Source of the DNA: Minisyncoccota bacterium
GTDB lineage: Bacteria > Verrucomicrobiota > Verrucomicrobiia > Limisphaerales > UBA8199
Assembly: GCA_035452965.1 (NCBI GenBank)
Contig: DAOTCE010000015.1
Span: 33,818-97,817 of the forward strand
Length of the DNA: 64,000 nt
Direction of reading: 5' to 3'
Shown: positions 1-8,005 of the stretch, one piece after another
Numbering within the stretch: position 1 is the first letter of the stretch
Layout of the letters: each line of letters begins with the position of its first letter
Program-made: the position numbers and the translations under genes
Notes under the pieces: model-generated
Told to the model about the DNA's origin: nothing
Database searches by the model: none
The model's input: the letters and a program-made list of their open reading frames with translations, nothing else

Positions 1-313
1 GCGCCGGGCTGCCTGAGGTTCCTATCTGCCCCGTCAGGTTAAGGAAGGTGCCCAGCATCAGGAGGACCCCTCCCAGGATGCCCCAGCCTTTGAAGCAAAC
101 CAGCCCGCGCTTGGCTGCCAGCCCGTAGAATTCCGCGAGCCCAAACGTTGACAGCAACAGCATCACCAGCAGAAACACGCAGTCCGCCACCAATTGGTTG
201 CTCGAGAACAGCGCCGTCAGCACCAAGGTCCACAGGACGACAAAACTGCCCAGGCGCCGCATGAATACCTGCCGCTTAGAGGGCGCAACAGGGGCGGGCG
301 CGAACGTGGTCAT
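1..313 (-). CDS. N-terminal part of a polytopic membrane protein continuing past the left edge; possibly phosphatidate cytidylyltransferase (CdsA-like)
   Basis: Absent from the ORF track because its stop lies outside the window. The reverse complement of 313..1 starts with ATG and reads MTTFAPAPVAPSKRQVFMRRLGSFVVLWTLVLTALFSSNQLVADCVFLLVMLLLSTFGLAEFYGLAAKRGLVCFKGWGILGGVLLMLGTFLNLTGQ... with no stop, giving consecutive hydrophobic helices. The CdsA guess rests only on the LAEFY-type segment and on uppS, the usual cdsA neighbour, lying on the same strand 3 kb away. Confidence 0.4.
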   Translation of the reverse strand, partial: MTTFAPAPVAPSKRQVFMRRLGSFVVLWTLVLTALFSSNQLVADCVFLLVMLLLSTFGLAEFYGLAAKRGLVCFKGWGILGGVLLMLGTFLNLTGQIGTSGSPA

Positions 314-408
314 CTCAGGCATGCCGCTAAAGGCTATGTTCCCCGCGGCGGCTGTCGAGCCATTTCCTCCGGGCCTGGCGCAGCGAACTGCGCGAGGAGC
401 GAATCAGC

Positions 409-436
409 TTGATCTTCAAAGTCTTCCGGCTATGAT
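409..436 (+). promoter_or_regulatory. Sigma70-like promoter candidate for the M28 peptidase gene (would give a leaderless or near-leaderless mRNA)
   Basis: TTGATC (409-414), 16-nt spacer, TATGAT (431-436). The ATG at 445 lies only 8 nt after the -10 hexamer. This is a pattern match only. Confidence 0.35.
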
Positions 437-444
437 CAGACACC

Positions 445-3195
445 ATGATGTGCCATGTGAATTGGCTCCCGCGCTCGCGGGGATGCAAAAGAGGGGTAGT
501 TGTTTCCATTGTGCTGTCAGCTTTGGCCTGCTTGCCGGACCAGGTCGCCTTGGCAGCTCCACCCACGGTGCAGGAACTGGTCAACCAGTTCAGCATGGCC
601 AACTACTTCAACGTCGTTAGCAACAAGCTCTACACCCGCCAGGGCATGAACCGCGCCCCCGTGCAGGTGGGGGGAGCGGAACACGACTTATGTCGCGACG
701 CCATTTACGATGAGTTCCAACGGGTTGGGCTGGCTCCTTACAAGGATCCTTTCTCCTACGTGGATACGGCCGGCCCCACTACGGTTCACGTCTGCAACGT
801 CATCGCCGTCAAGGAAGGCGTCCAAAACCCGAACAACGAAATCTATGTCCTCGGCGCTCACTATGACTCTCGCGAGAACCCGGGCGCGGATGACAATGCC
901 ACCGGCGTCGGTTGCGCGCTGGAAATGGCCCGCATCTTTGCCCCCTATCATTTCGCCAAGACCATCGTCTTTGGCATCTTCGACAGCGAGGAGCGTTACG
1001 AATACGGCACCGGCCGGCACCGACTGGGCAGTCTCCGCTACGTGGACCAACACGGCACCGAAAATATCAAGGGCATGATCTCCGTGGACATGATCGGCTG
1101 GCAGGCGCCACCGCCGAACAACAACCGCGCCGGTATCCGCGGGCGGGCCAGCTTCAACGGCATCTGCAACGACCTGCTAGCGGCTCTCGCAACCTATGGT
1201 GACGGGCTTATCGGCATGATCTCCACCTCCGAAAACATGAGCGACCACTACTCCTTTGCGCAGGCGGGCATCCCGGCTTGTTGTTTGATCGAATACAATT
1301 ACAACGGCAACAACAACTACCATGAGGCCAGCGATTACGTCGAGAATCCCGGCTACCTGGACTGGTCATATCTTCAGAAGATGTGCAAAGGTGCCATCGG
1401 CTACTTCGCCACCCAGCTTCAGCCGGTGGATGTAACTCCGCAGTTCCTTTCCTTCCAGCCCACCAATAGCGCCCTGCTGATTAACGCCTTAGGCCTGCAG
1501 CGTTGCCAATACGCGATTGACCTATGCACCAATCTGGCAGCGCCATTTTGGCTGCCCCTCGGAACCAATACGGCCTCCCTTACAGATGGGACATTTGCGA
1601 TCCTCGACACGGAGGCTGGCAATCGTCCCTGTGGGTTCTATCGGGCACGATTTGTCGCCGGCTATGTTGGTGGCGGGGGCGTCGCTCCCAACATCACCAC
1701 GCAACCGCTTCACCGCGTCGTGGACACCGGCGCGGCCACCAGCTTCGCCGTCTTGGCAACTGGCGACGCTCCTCTTACCTACCAGTGGTGGCGGAACGGC
1801 AGCGCCTTTCCGGGCGCTACCGACAGCTCTTTTACGATTCCTGAGGCCCAATCCACGCATGCCGGGGATTACTACGTCGTGGTTGCCAACTACTCAGGCA
1901 GTGTGACCAGCCGGGTTGTCTCCCTCACCGTGTATCCTGAGCAGACCGTGGCCTTTGCGGATAATCTCGACGCCGACACCTCGGCCAACTGGACCGTCAG
2001 CAGGAGTTCGACCGACACGCGATGCACCTTCAACTACGATTACGCCGCCGACGGCATTCCCTCCGCCCCCAATTCGACCGGCGGCACGACGCGCGGGGTG
2101 AAGTTCGAGGCGAACATGGCCAATGGCGCCGCGGCCGCGCTCTCCATGTCGCCCATCGGGCAGAGCTTCGAGGGAGACTACCGTCTGCGCTTCGACATGT
2201 GGATCAACGCCAACGGGCCGTTCCCCTTGGGTGGCACGGGATCCACGGAGTACATCACGGGCGGCCTTGGCACCAGCGGCGGGCACGTGCAATGGACAAA
2301 GTCCGACAGTGAGACCGATGGTTACTGGTTTGCGGTGGCTGGCGAGGGACAGGCAGTTGACACCTCAACCACTTCCGACTACGGCGCGTACGCTGGCATT
2401 GACGTGCAGGCGGCCACCAGCGGCGTTTACTTCGCCGGCACCGATTCCAACTCACGCGGCAACCTGAATGTGTATTACACCACCGCTTTTCCCGCCGGCC
2501 AGGCTCCACCGCTGCTGCAGCAATCCACCTATCCCCAGCAAACCGGCGCGTTGCAGGGAGGCGCGGTCGGCTTCGCGTGGCGTGAGGTTATCATCGCCAA
2601 ACGCGGCAACATCGTGGAGTGGTCTATTGACGGAGTGAAGCTTGCCGCTTTTACTAGCGCCTCCGTGACCGCCGATAACATCTTTGTGGGGTACTGGGAT
2701 CCTTTCGCGTCCATATCCGACAACTCGGCGCTGAGCTTCGGCCTCGTGGACAATGTTTGCGTGGAAGTGTCCACCAACAGCACGCCGCCGGCGGATATCA
2801 TCATAGATAACCCGGCTGCCACCGTAGTTGGCGCTTGGATCACTGGCATCTCCGCGGCAGGCAGATATGGCGACGACTACTACTTCGACGACGACAAGGG
2901 GGCTGGCGCCGAGTATGTGGAATTCCGGCCGACTCTCCAGGCGAGCGGCAATTACGATGTCTACGAGTGGCACTCGGTTGGGACGAACCGCGCAACGGAT
3001 GCACCGGTCGAGATTGGTTACAATGGCGGAACTCAGACCGTGAGGATCAACCAGCAGGAGAATGGCGGCACCTGGGTGCCGCTTGGCACCTACAACTTCC
3101 TGGCTGGCAGCAGCGGCTACGTGCGGATCAAGGATAACTTCACGACGTACAATGTCGTGATTGCCGACGCCGTGAAGTTCGTCTACGTGCCGTAG
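445..3195 (+). CDS. Secreted multidomain M28-family zinc aminopeptidase (M28 catalytic domain, FYR-ending beta module, Ig-like domain, lectin-like beta-sandwich region, golvesin-C-like C-terminal domain)
   Basis: 916-aa ORF with a signal-like N-terminus (KRGVVVSIVLSALACLPDQVALAAPP). M28 blocks are GAHYDSRENPGADDNATGVGCALEMARIF, FGIFDSEE and ISVDMIGW. The Ig-like segment is YQWWRNGSAFPGATDSSFTIPEAQSTHAGDYYVVVANYSGSVTSRVVSLTV. The last ~130 aa (IIDNPAATVVGAW..YGDDYYFD..GNYDVYEWH..VIADAVKFVYVP) resemble golvesin C-terminal-like domains. Domain names other than M28 are recalled family patterns. Confidence 0.88.
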   Translation: MMCHVNWLPRSRGCKRGVVVSIVLSALACLPDQVALAAPPTVQELVNQFSMANYFNVVSNKLYTRQGMNRAPVQVGGAEHDLCRDAIYDEFQRVGLAPYKDPFSYVDTAGPTTVHVCNVIAVKEGVQNPNNEIYVLGAHYDSRENPGADDNATGVGCALEMARIFAPYHFAKTIVFGIFDSEERYEYGTGRHRLGSLRYVDQHGTENIKGMISVDMIGWQAPPPNNNRAGIRGRASFNGICNDLLAALATYGDGLIGMISTSENMSDHYSFAQAGIPACCLIEYNYNGNNNYHEASDYVENPGYLDWSYLQKMCKGAIGYFATQLQPVDVTPQFLSFQPTNSALLINALGLQRCQYAIDLCTNLAAPFWLPLGTNTASLTDGTFAILDTEAGNRPCGFYRARFVAGYVGGGGVAPNITTQPLHRVVDTGAATSFAVLATGDAPLTYQWWRNGSAFPGATDSSFTIPEAQSTHAGDYYVVVANYSGSVTSRVVSLTVYPEQTVAFADNLDADTSANWTVSRSSTDTRCTFNYDYAADGIPSAPNSTGGTTRGVKFEANMANGAAAALSMSPIGQSFEGDYRLRFDMWINANGPFPLGGTGSTEYITGGLGTSGGHVQWTKSDSETDGYWFAVAGEGQAVDTSTTSDYGAYAGIDVQAATSGVYFAGTDSNSRGNLNVYYTTAFPAGQAPPLLQQSTYPQQTGALQGGAVGFAWREVIIAKRGNIVEWSIDGVKLAAFTSASVTADNIFVGYWDPFASISDNSALSFGLVDNVCVEVSTNSTPPADIIIDNPAATVVGAWITGISAAGRYGDDYYFDDDKGAGAEYVEFRPTLQASGNYDVYEWHSVGTNRATDAPVEIGYNGGTQTVRINQQENGGTWVPLGTYNFLAGSSGYVRIKDNFTTYNVVIADAVKFVYVP

Positions 3196-3219
3196 GGCTT
3201 CCCCGGCGCACTGCGGCGG

Positions 3220-3957
3220 TTACAGCCCTCCAAACCGCCGGTGTCGCCGGTGGTATTCCTCCAGGGCCGCGTAGAACTGCGGCTTGCGGAAGTCAGGCCA
3301 CAGGGTCGGCGTTACCACCAATTCAGTGTAGGAAATCTGCCACAGCAGAAAGTTGCTGATCCGCATCTCCCCGCTGGTTCGGATGAGAACGTCCGGGTCG
3401 GGCACGTTACGCGTGTAAAGGTGCTGGGCGAAGATCTGTTCCGTGATGTCCGGCGGGTCCAACTCCCCGGCCTTGACCTTCTTGGCGATGCTGCGCACCG
3501 CGTCCACGATCTCCGTGCGTCCTCCGTAACTTAGCGCCATGATTAACGTCAACCCGTTGTTCTTCGCGAGGGTGGTGATGGACTTCTGCAGGTGTTCCTG
3601 CACCACCTCGGGCAGGCGGTACACCTGCCCAATGATTTCGAGCCGCACGTTATTCTTGTTCAACTCGGGCGTCTCGCTTTTGAGGTAATGCACCAGATAT
3701 TTCATCAGCGCGTCCACCTCTTCCTTGGGCCGGTTCCAATTCTCCACCGAGAAGGCGTAGAGGGTCAGGTACTTGATGCCCAGCTCGCCCGAAGTCCGGA
3801 TAATGACGCGCGCGGATTCAGCGCCTGCGCGGTGGCCTTCGATGCGCGGCAGGTGCCGTTGTCGCGCCCAGCGTCCATTGCCATCCATGATGATCGCCAC
3901 ATGGCGGGGCAGGGCCGCCTTGGCCTCGGTACTCAGATGGGCAGCCTGAGGGTTCAT
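3220..3957 (-). CDS. uppS: Undecaprenyl-diphosphate synthase (cis-prenyltransferase)
   Basis: 245 aa with the signature blocks HVAIIMDGNGRWA, LTLYAFSVENWNRP and IRTSGEMRISNFLLWQISYTELV. The start ATG (3957-3955) directly abuts the purA stop. Confidence 0.95.
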   Translation of the reverse strand: MNPQAAHLSTEAKAALPRHVAIIMDGNGRWARQRHLPRIEGHRAGAESARVIIRTSGELGIKYLTLYAFSVENWNRPKEEVDALMKYLVHYLKSETPELNKNNVRLEIIGQVYRLPEVVQEHLQKSITTLAKNNGLTLIMALSYGGRTEIVDAVRSIAKKVKAGELDPPDITEQIFAQHLYTRNVPDPDVLIRTSGEMRISNFLLWQISYTELVVTPTLWPDFRKPQFYAALEEYHRRHRRFGGL

Positions 3958-5226
3958 TCAGACCATAATCGTCTGCTCTCGCCCGGGGCCGACCGAGACG
4001 ATGGCCAGTTCCGCCCCGCTCAACTCCGCCAGCGCCTTGAGATAGGCGCGAGCCTTGGCCGGGAGGGTGCTCCATTTGCGGGCGCCGTGCGTGGGGGTGC
4101 GCCACCCGGGGAACTCCGCATAGACGGGTTTGCAGCGGGAGAGCACTTCAATGTCGTTCGGCACGTAGTCGTAGCGCCGGGCGCCGTCGCGGTACCCGAT
4201 ACAGACCTTGATGGTCTCCACGGTATCCAAACCGTCAATGTTCGTGACGGCCAGTTCATCAATGCCGTTGACCATGCAAGCGTGGCGCGTGGCGACCGCA
4301 TCGAACCAGCCGCAGCGCCGCGGCCGGCCGGTCGTCGCGCCAAACTCGCGGCCCATCGCGTGGAGCATGTCGGCAATCTCGGCATTCTCGGTCGGGAGCG
4401 GGCCTTCGCCGACCCGCGTAGTGTAGGCCTTCATCACGCCCACGACCCGGTCCATGCGATGCGGCGGGATGCCCGACCCGGTGCACGCGCCGCCCGCGGT
4501 GGTATTGGATGAAGTCACAAACGGATACGTGCCGTGATCAATATCCAGGAACGTTCCTTGCGCGCCTTCAAAGAGTATATCATCGCCCCGGCGCACGGCC
4601 TCGTGCAGCAGAATGACAGTGTTGGCCACGAACGGTTTGAGATAATCGCCCGCCTGACGGTACTCCCGGTGGATCTTCTCGAACGAGAGCGCTCTGGCGC
4701 CGAAGGCCTTCAGGATTTCATTGTTTTCCTTGATCTTCAGCGCGAGTTGCTGCTTGAACCGCTCCGGACTGATCAAGTCAATCACCCGCAGGCCCGTGCG
4801 GGCCGCCTTGTCGCCGTAAGCCGGGCCGATCCCGCGCTTGGTGGTGCCGATCTTGTTTTCGCCCTTAAGAAGCTCGCGCTGGGCGTCCAATTCGCGGTGA
4901 TAGGGGAACACCACATGTGCCGTCTCGCTGAGGTAGAGATTGCCGTCAATGTGGACCCCGAGCTTGCGCAGCCCCTCGACTTCCTGGACCAGCCCTACGG
5001 GATCCACGACTACGCCGTTGCCGATCACGCAGACCTTGTTCTTGCGCAGAATGCCCGAGGGCACCAGGTGCAGAATGTACTTCTGCCCTTTGATGCGCAC
5101 GGTGTGGCCGGCGTTGTTGCCGCCCTGTGTGCGGACTACCACATCCGCCTGCTCGGTCAGCACGTCAATTATCTTGCCTTTGCCCTCATCGCCCCATTGG
5201 ACGCCCACCAGAATCGTATTCGCCAT
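3958..5226 (-). CDS. purA: Adenylosuccinate synthetase
   Basis: 422 aa with QWGDEGKGKIID, GGNNAGHTV, GTTKRGIGPAY and GATTGRPRRCGWFD blocks typical of PurA. The stop TGA is at 3960-3958. Confidence 0.97.
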   Translation of the reverse strand: MANTILVGVQWGDEGKGKIIDVLTEQADVVVRTQGGNNAGHTVRIKGQKYILHLVPSGILRKNKVCVIGNGVVVDPVGLVQEVEGLRKLGVHIDGNLYLSETAHVVFPYHRELDAQRELLKGENKIGTTKRGIGPAYGDKAARTGLRVIDLISPERFKQQLALKIKENNEILKAFGARALSFEKIHREYRQAGDYLKPFVANTVILLHEAVRRGDDILFEGAQGTFLDIDHGTYPFVTSSNTTAGGACTGSGIPPHRMDRVVGVMKAYTTRVGEGPLPTENAEIADMLHAMGREFGATTGRPRRCGWFDAVATRHACMVNGIDELAVTNIDGLDTVETIKVCIGYRDGARRYDYVPNDIEVLSRCKPVYAEFPGWRTPTHGARKWSTLPAKARAYLKALAELSGAELAIVSVGPGREQTIMV

Positions 5227-5286
5227 AGTGTAAAAACGTTATTCACTGGCCGGGCGCGAACAGGCTCGCGGCGCAGGACCGGCACG

Positions 5287-5315
5287 CAACAAAAACCCCA
5301 AACGCTAGTTTGGGG
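5287..5315 (-). terminator. Intrinsic-terminator-shaped hairpin in the purA upstream region (minus-strand sense)
   Basis: The minus strand reads CCCCAAAC-TAGC-GTTTGGGG followed by TTTTTGTTG: a perfect 8-bp stem, a 4-nt loop and a T5 run. It sits about 70 nt upstream of the purA ATG with no minus-strand gene immediately upstream. Confidence 0.4.
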
Positions 5316-5370
5316 ACAAGGCCATTGAGCTCTTGCGTTAGGACACTAGATAAGCGCGCCGCTCCTGTCA

Positions 5371-6030
5371 ATGGCCGATAATGCCGCGTTGCTTTCACGG
5401 CAGTCTTTTGAAACAATCACCCCGGTGAAACAATCAATTGTAACCCTGGATATGGAGGGAGTGCTGACTCCCGAAATCTGGATTGCGGTGGCTGAAAAGA
5501 CGGGCATCCAAGAGCTGCGCCGCACGACCCGCGACGAGCCGGACTACGACAAGCTCATGCGCGGCCGTCTCCAGATTCTCGACCAGCACGGCCTCAGACT
5601 TTCCGACATCCAGCAGGTTATCGGCACGCTGCGCCCGCTCGAGGGGGCGAAGGGGTTCCTCGATGAGCTTCGCTCCCTGGTGCAGGTCATCATCCTCTCC
5701 GACACCTTCGAACAGTTTGCAGCCCCGCTGCTTCGCCAGCTTGGCTGGCCCACGTTGCTCTGCCATCGGCTGGTGGTTGAGGGCGACCGCATCGTTGACT
5801 ACAAGCTCCGCGTCGCCGAGCAGAAGCAAAAGGCCGTGGCCGCCTTAAAGCTGCTGAACTACTACGTCATCTCGGGGGGTGATTCCTTCAACGACACCGC
5901 CATGCTTAGCGAAGCCCACGTCGGCTTCCTGTTCCGGGCGCCGGAGAACGTAAGGAAGCAGTTCCCGCAGTTCAAGGCGGTCGAGGCCTATGCCGACCTG
6001 ATGAGGCTGATCCGGGGCGCAATGGGCTGA
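5371..6030 (+). CDS. thrH: HAD-family phosphoserine phosphatase / homoserine phosphotransferase (ThrH-like)
   Basis: 219 aa. It is collinear with my recollection of Pseudomonas ThrH: LDMEGVLTPEIWIAVAEKTGI..TTRD.PDYD.LM..RL.ILD.HGL.L.DIQ.VI.TL.PLEGA, VIILSDTF, GDSFNDTAMLSEAH.G.LF.APENV...FPQF.AV. Confidence 0.8.
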   Translation: MADNAALLSRQSFETITPVKQSIVTLDMEGVLTPEIWIAVAEKTGIQELRRTTRDEPDYDKLMRGRLQILDQHGLRLSDIQQVIGTLRPLEGAKGFLDELRSLVQVIILSDTFEQFAAPLLRQLGWPTLLCHRLVVEGDRIVDYKLRVAEQKQKAVAALKLLNYYVISGGDSFNDTAMLSEAHVGFLFRAPENVRKQFPQFKAVEAYADLMRLIRGAMG

Positions 6031-6053
6031 TCCGGCCTCTCCAGCCATCAGTG

Positions 6054-7451
6054 CTAAAACTGCAACTTGCCGCGCGTCACAGTGGCGCGGTGCTCTTCGG
6101 CGATCCTGGTGAGTTCGGCAACAACTTCCGGGTGCTCGCTGGCCACATCAAACTGTTCGGATGGATCTTCTGTGATGTTGTGGAGCAGCGGCGGATTGTG
6201 CTTGATGGGATCCGCCTTGCTGTAACCGTCGTGAGTGGTGAAGTGCGCTTTGAATGGTCCTTTGCGCACAGCGTAAAGCATATCGCCATAGTAATAATAC
6301 TCGACCAGGCGCTTGCTCTTGCCGTTGTCGAATAGTATCGGCGTCATATCCATGCTATCCATCGGACGATCATCCGGCATCTTGCCACCCGCCAGCCGCA
6401 CGCAGGTGCTGAACAGGTCCAGGCTGCTGGCAATCTCGCGGGTCACTCCCGCCGGGACTTTCCCCGGCCACCGGGCAATCGCGGGAACGCGGTAACCGCC
6501 TTCCCATGTCCCGGCCTTTCCATCGCGCAACAAACCGGCGGAACCGCCGTTCCATTTCTTCTGCAACCAGGGGCCGTTGTCGCTGGTGAAGAACACCAAT
6601 GTGTTCTTCTCCAACTTGGCTTGGCGCAGCCATTTCAGCACCTCGCCCACGCTCCAATCAACCTCCTCCACCGTATCCCCGTAGCGTCCACGCGGGCTCT
6701 TGCCCTTAAACTCCGGCGAGGCGAACAACGGCACGTGCGGGAAGGTATGCGCGAAATAGAGGAAAAACGGCTTCTGCTTGTTTTGCTCCATGAACCGAAT
6801 CGCTTCCTCAGTGTAACGTTTCGTCAAGGTTGTCTGGTCAACCGGGCGCTCGATAACTTTCGTATTCTGCATCAGCGGCACGTTGAAGCTGTGGAAATCC
6901 GGGTTCTGGGTCATGCTCTCCGTCCTGCGAAGCTCTGTGCTGACCCAATCGCTGTCATTTGAATAGGGCAGGCCGAAGAATGAATCAAATCCGCGCATCG
7001 TGGGCAGGTAGTCCGGCAGGTCGCCCAGGTGCCACTTGCCGATTGCGCACGTTGTATAGCCCTTGGTCTTCAAAGCGCGGGCAATCGTGATCTCCTCCGC
7101 GGGCAATCCGCCGGAATGCTTCGGATAGAGCACATGCCGGCCCGGCCCGCCAGCCATGCCGCTGCGAATGGGGAGCCGCCCGGTCATTAGCGCTGCCCGG
7201 CTGGGTGTGCAAAGCGGGGCCCCTGAGTAGAAATCGGTGAACCGCAACCCTTCAGCGGCCATCTGGTCGAGGTTCGGCGTGCGAATGCTCGGATGGCCGT
7301 AGCACCCCAGATCGCCGTAACCCAGATCGTCCGCCAGAATGATGATGATGTTGGGAGCCTGAGCCGCGTGCGCGGCATACATGATCGCACCGGCCAATAG
7401 GGTCAACCCGGCTGCAAGGATCATGGTAGTGCATTTCGTCTTGCTCATCAT
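6054..7451 (-). CDS. Secreted arylsulfatase-family sulfatase (formylglycine-dependent)
   Basis: 465 aa with a signal peptide (MILAAGLTLLAGAIMYAAHAAQA). It has the N-terminal block IIIILADDLGYGDLGCYG, the sulfatase signature CTPSRAALMTGR and GKWHLG. Confidence 0.93.
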   Translation of the reverse strand: MMSKTKCTTMILAAGLTLLAGAIMYAAHAAQAPNIIIILADDLGYGDLGCYGHPSIRTPNLDQMAAEGLRFTDFYSGAPLCTPSRAALMTGRLPIRSGMAGGPGRHVLYPKHSGGLPAEEITIARALKTKGYTTCAIGKWHLGDLPDYLPTMRGFDSFFGLPYSNDSDWVSTELRRTESMTQNPDFHSFNVPLMQNTKVIERPVDQTTLTKRYTEEAIRFMEQNKQKPFFLYFAHTFPHVPLFASPEFKGKSPRGRYGDTVEEVDWSVGEVLKWLRQAKLEKNTLVFFTSDNGPWLQKKWNGGSAGLLRDGKAGTWEGGYRVPAIARWPGKVPAGVTREIASSLDLFSTCVRLAGGKMPDDRPMDSMDMTPILFDNGKSKRLVEYYYYGDMLYAVRKGPFKAHFTTHDGYSKADPIKHNPPLLHNITEDPSEQFDVASEHPEVVAELTRIAEEHRATVTRGKLQF

Positions 7452-7534
7452 GACCTCGGTTCATGGCAGAATGAAATAGGACTGGCAAGCGAGTAGTTTA
7501 GTCCACGCCGTGCCTGAAAAGGTCCGCCACGCAG

Positions 7535-7841
7535 CCCACTTGGCCAGTATGGGTTAGAATGGTCAAACGGGGCAGGTGGGCTCAAGTCCTGCATCGCAAG
7601 CCGGATGTCCCCGTCCACGCCCGCCGACTGCCGCTCGCCCCTGGATCTTGAAGCACCCTGCCCCCAAGCCAGATAGGGCGATGTGACGGTCCCAATCCGG
7701 GGGGACTACGGTGTGTATCCCATGGGGGTCGGCCCCCATGGGATACACACTGGGGCATAACGCGTGTCACACCGTTGTCGCACCGGCAATTATGGCTGTG
7801 GGGGCTGCGGGAGGACGCACTACTGTCCTAAAAATGGACAC
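7535..7841 (-). repeat. Copy A of a four-copy interspersed hairpin-centred element (full length, inverted relative to copies B-D)
   Basis: The central palindrome GTGTGTATCCCATGGGGG-TCGG-CCCCCATGGGATACACAC lies at 7711-7750. The reverse complement aligns block by block with 38819..39143: GTGTCCATTTTT..GACAG, GCCGGTGCGACAACGGTGTGAC, CCGTAGTCCC.CCGGATTG, CATCGCC, GGCAGTCGGCGGGCG, CCGGCTTGCG, TTGAGCCCACCTGCC and TTCTAA..ACTGGCCA. It is intergenic, between the divergent sulfatase and GH43 genes. Confidence 0.75.
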
Positions 7842-8005
7842 AACGCAAATTCCCACCAGCGCGGCTATTCAGTCCAGGAATATGGGACTGTGCACATTGC
7901 CTCCACGAGCGCGTTTTCGCCCATTCAGGCCAGGTCTCTGCTTGCTTGACAGCACGGGTCCGAGGTTACAGGCTTCCGTCGCCGGGCAGAGGCCCGGAGA
8001 GATCT

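Noticed and set aside
3592-5328. Plus-strand ORFs 3592-4512 (306 aa) and 4534-5328 (264 aa)
   Set aside because: They are antisense to uppS and purA, whose identities are unambiguous.
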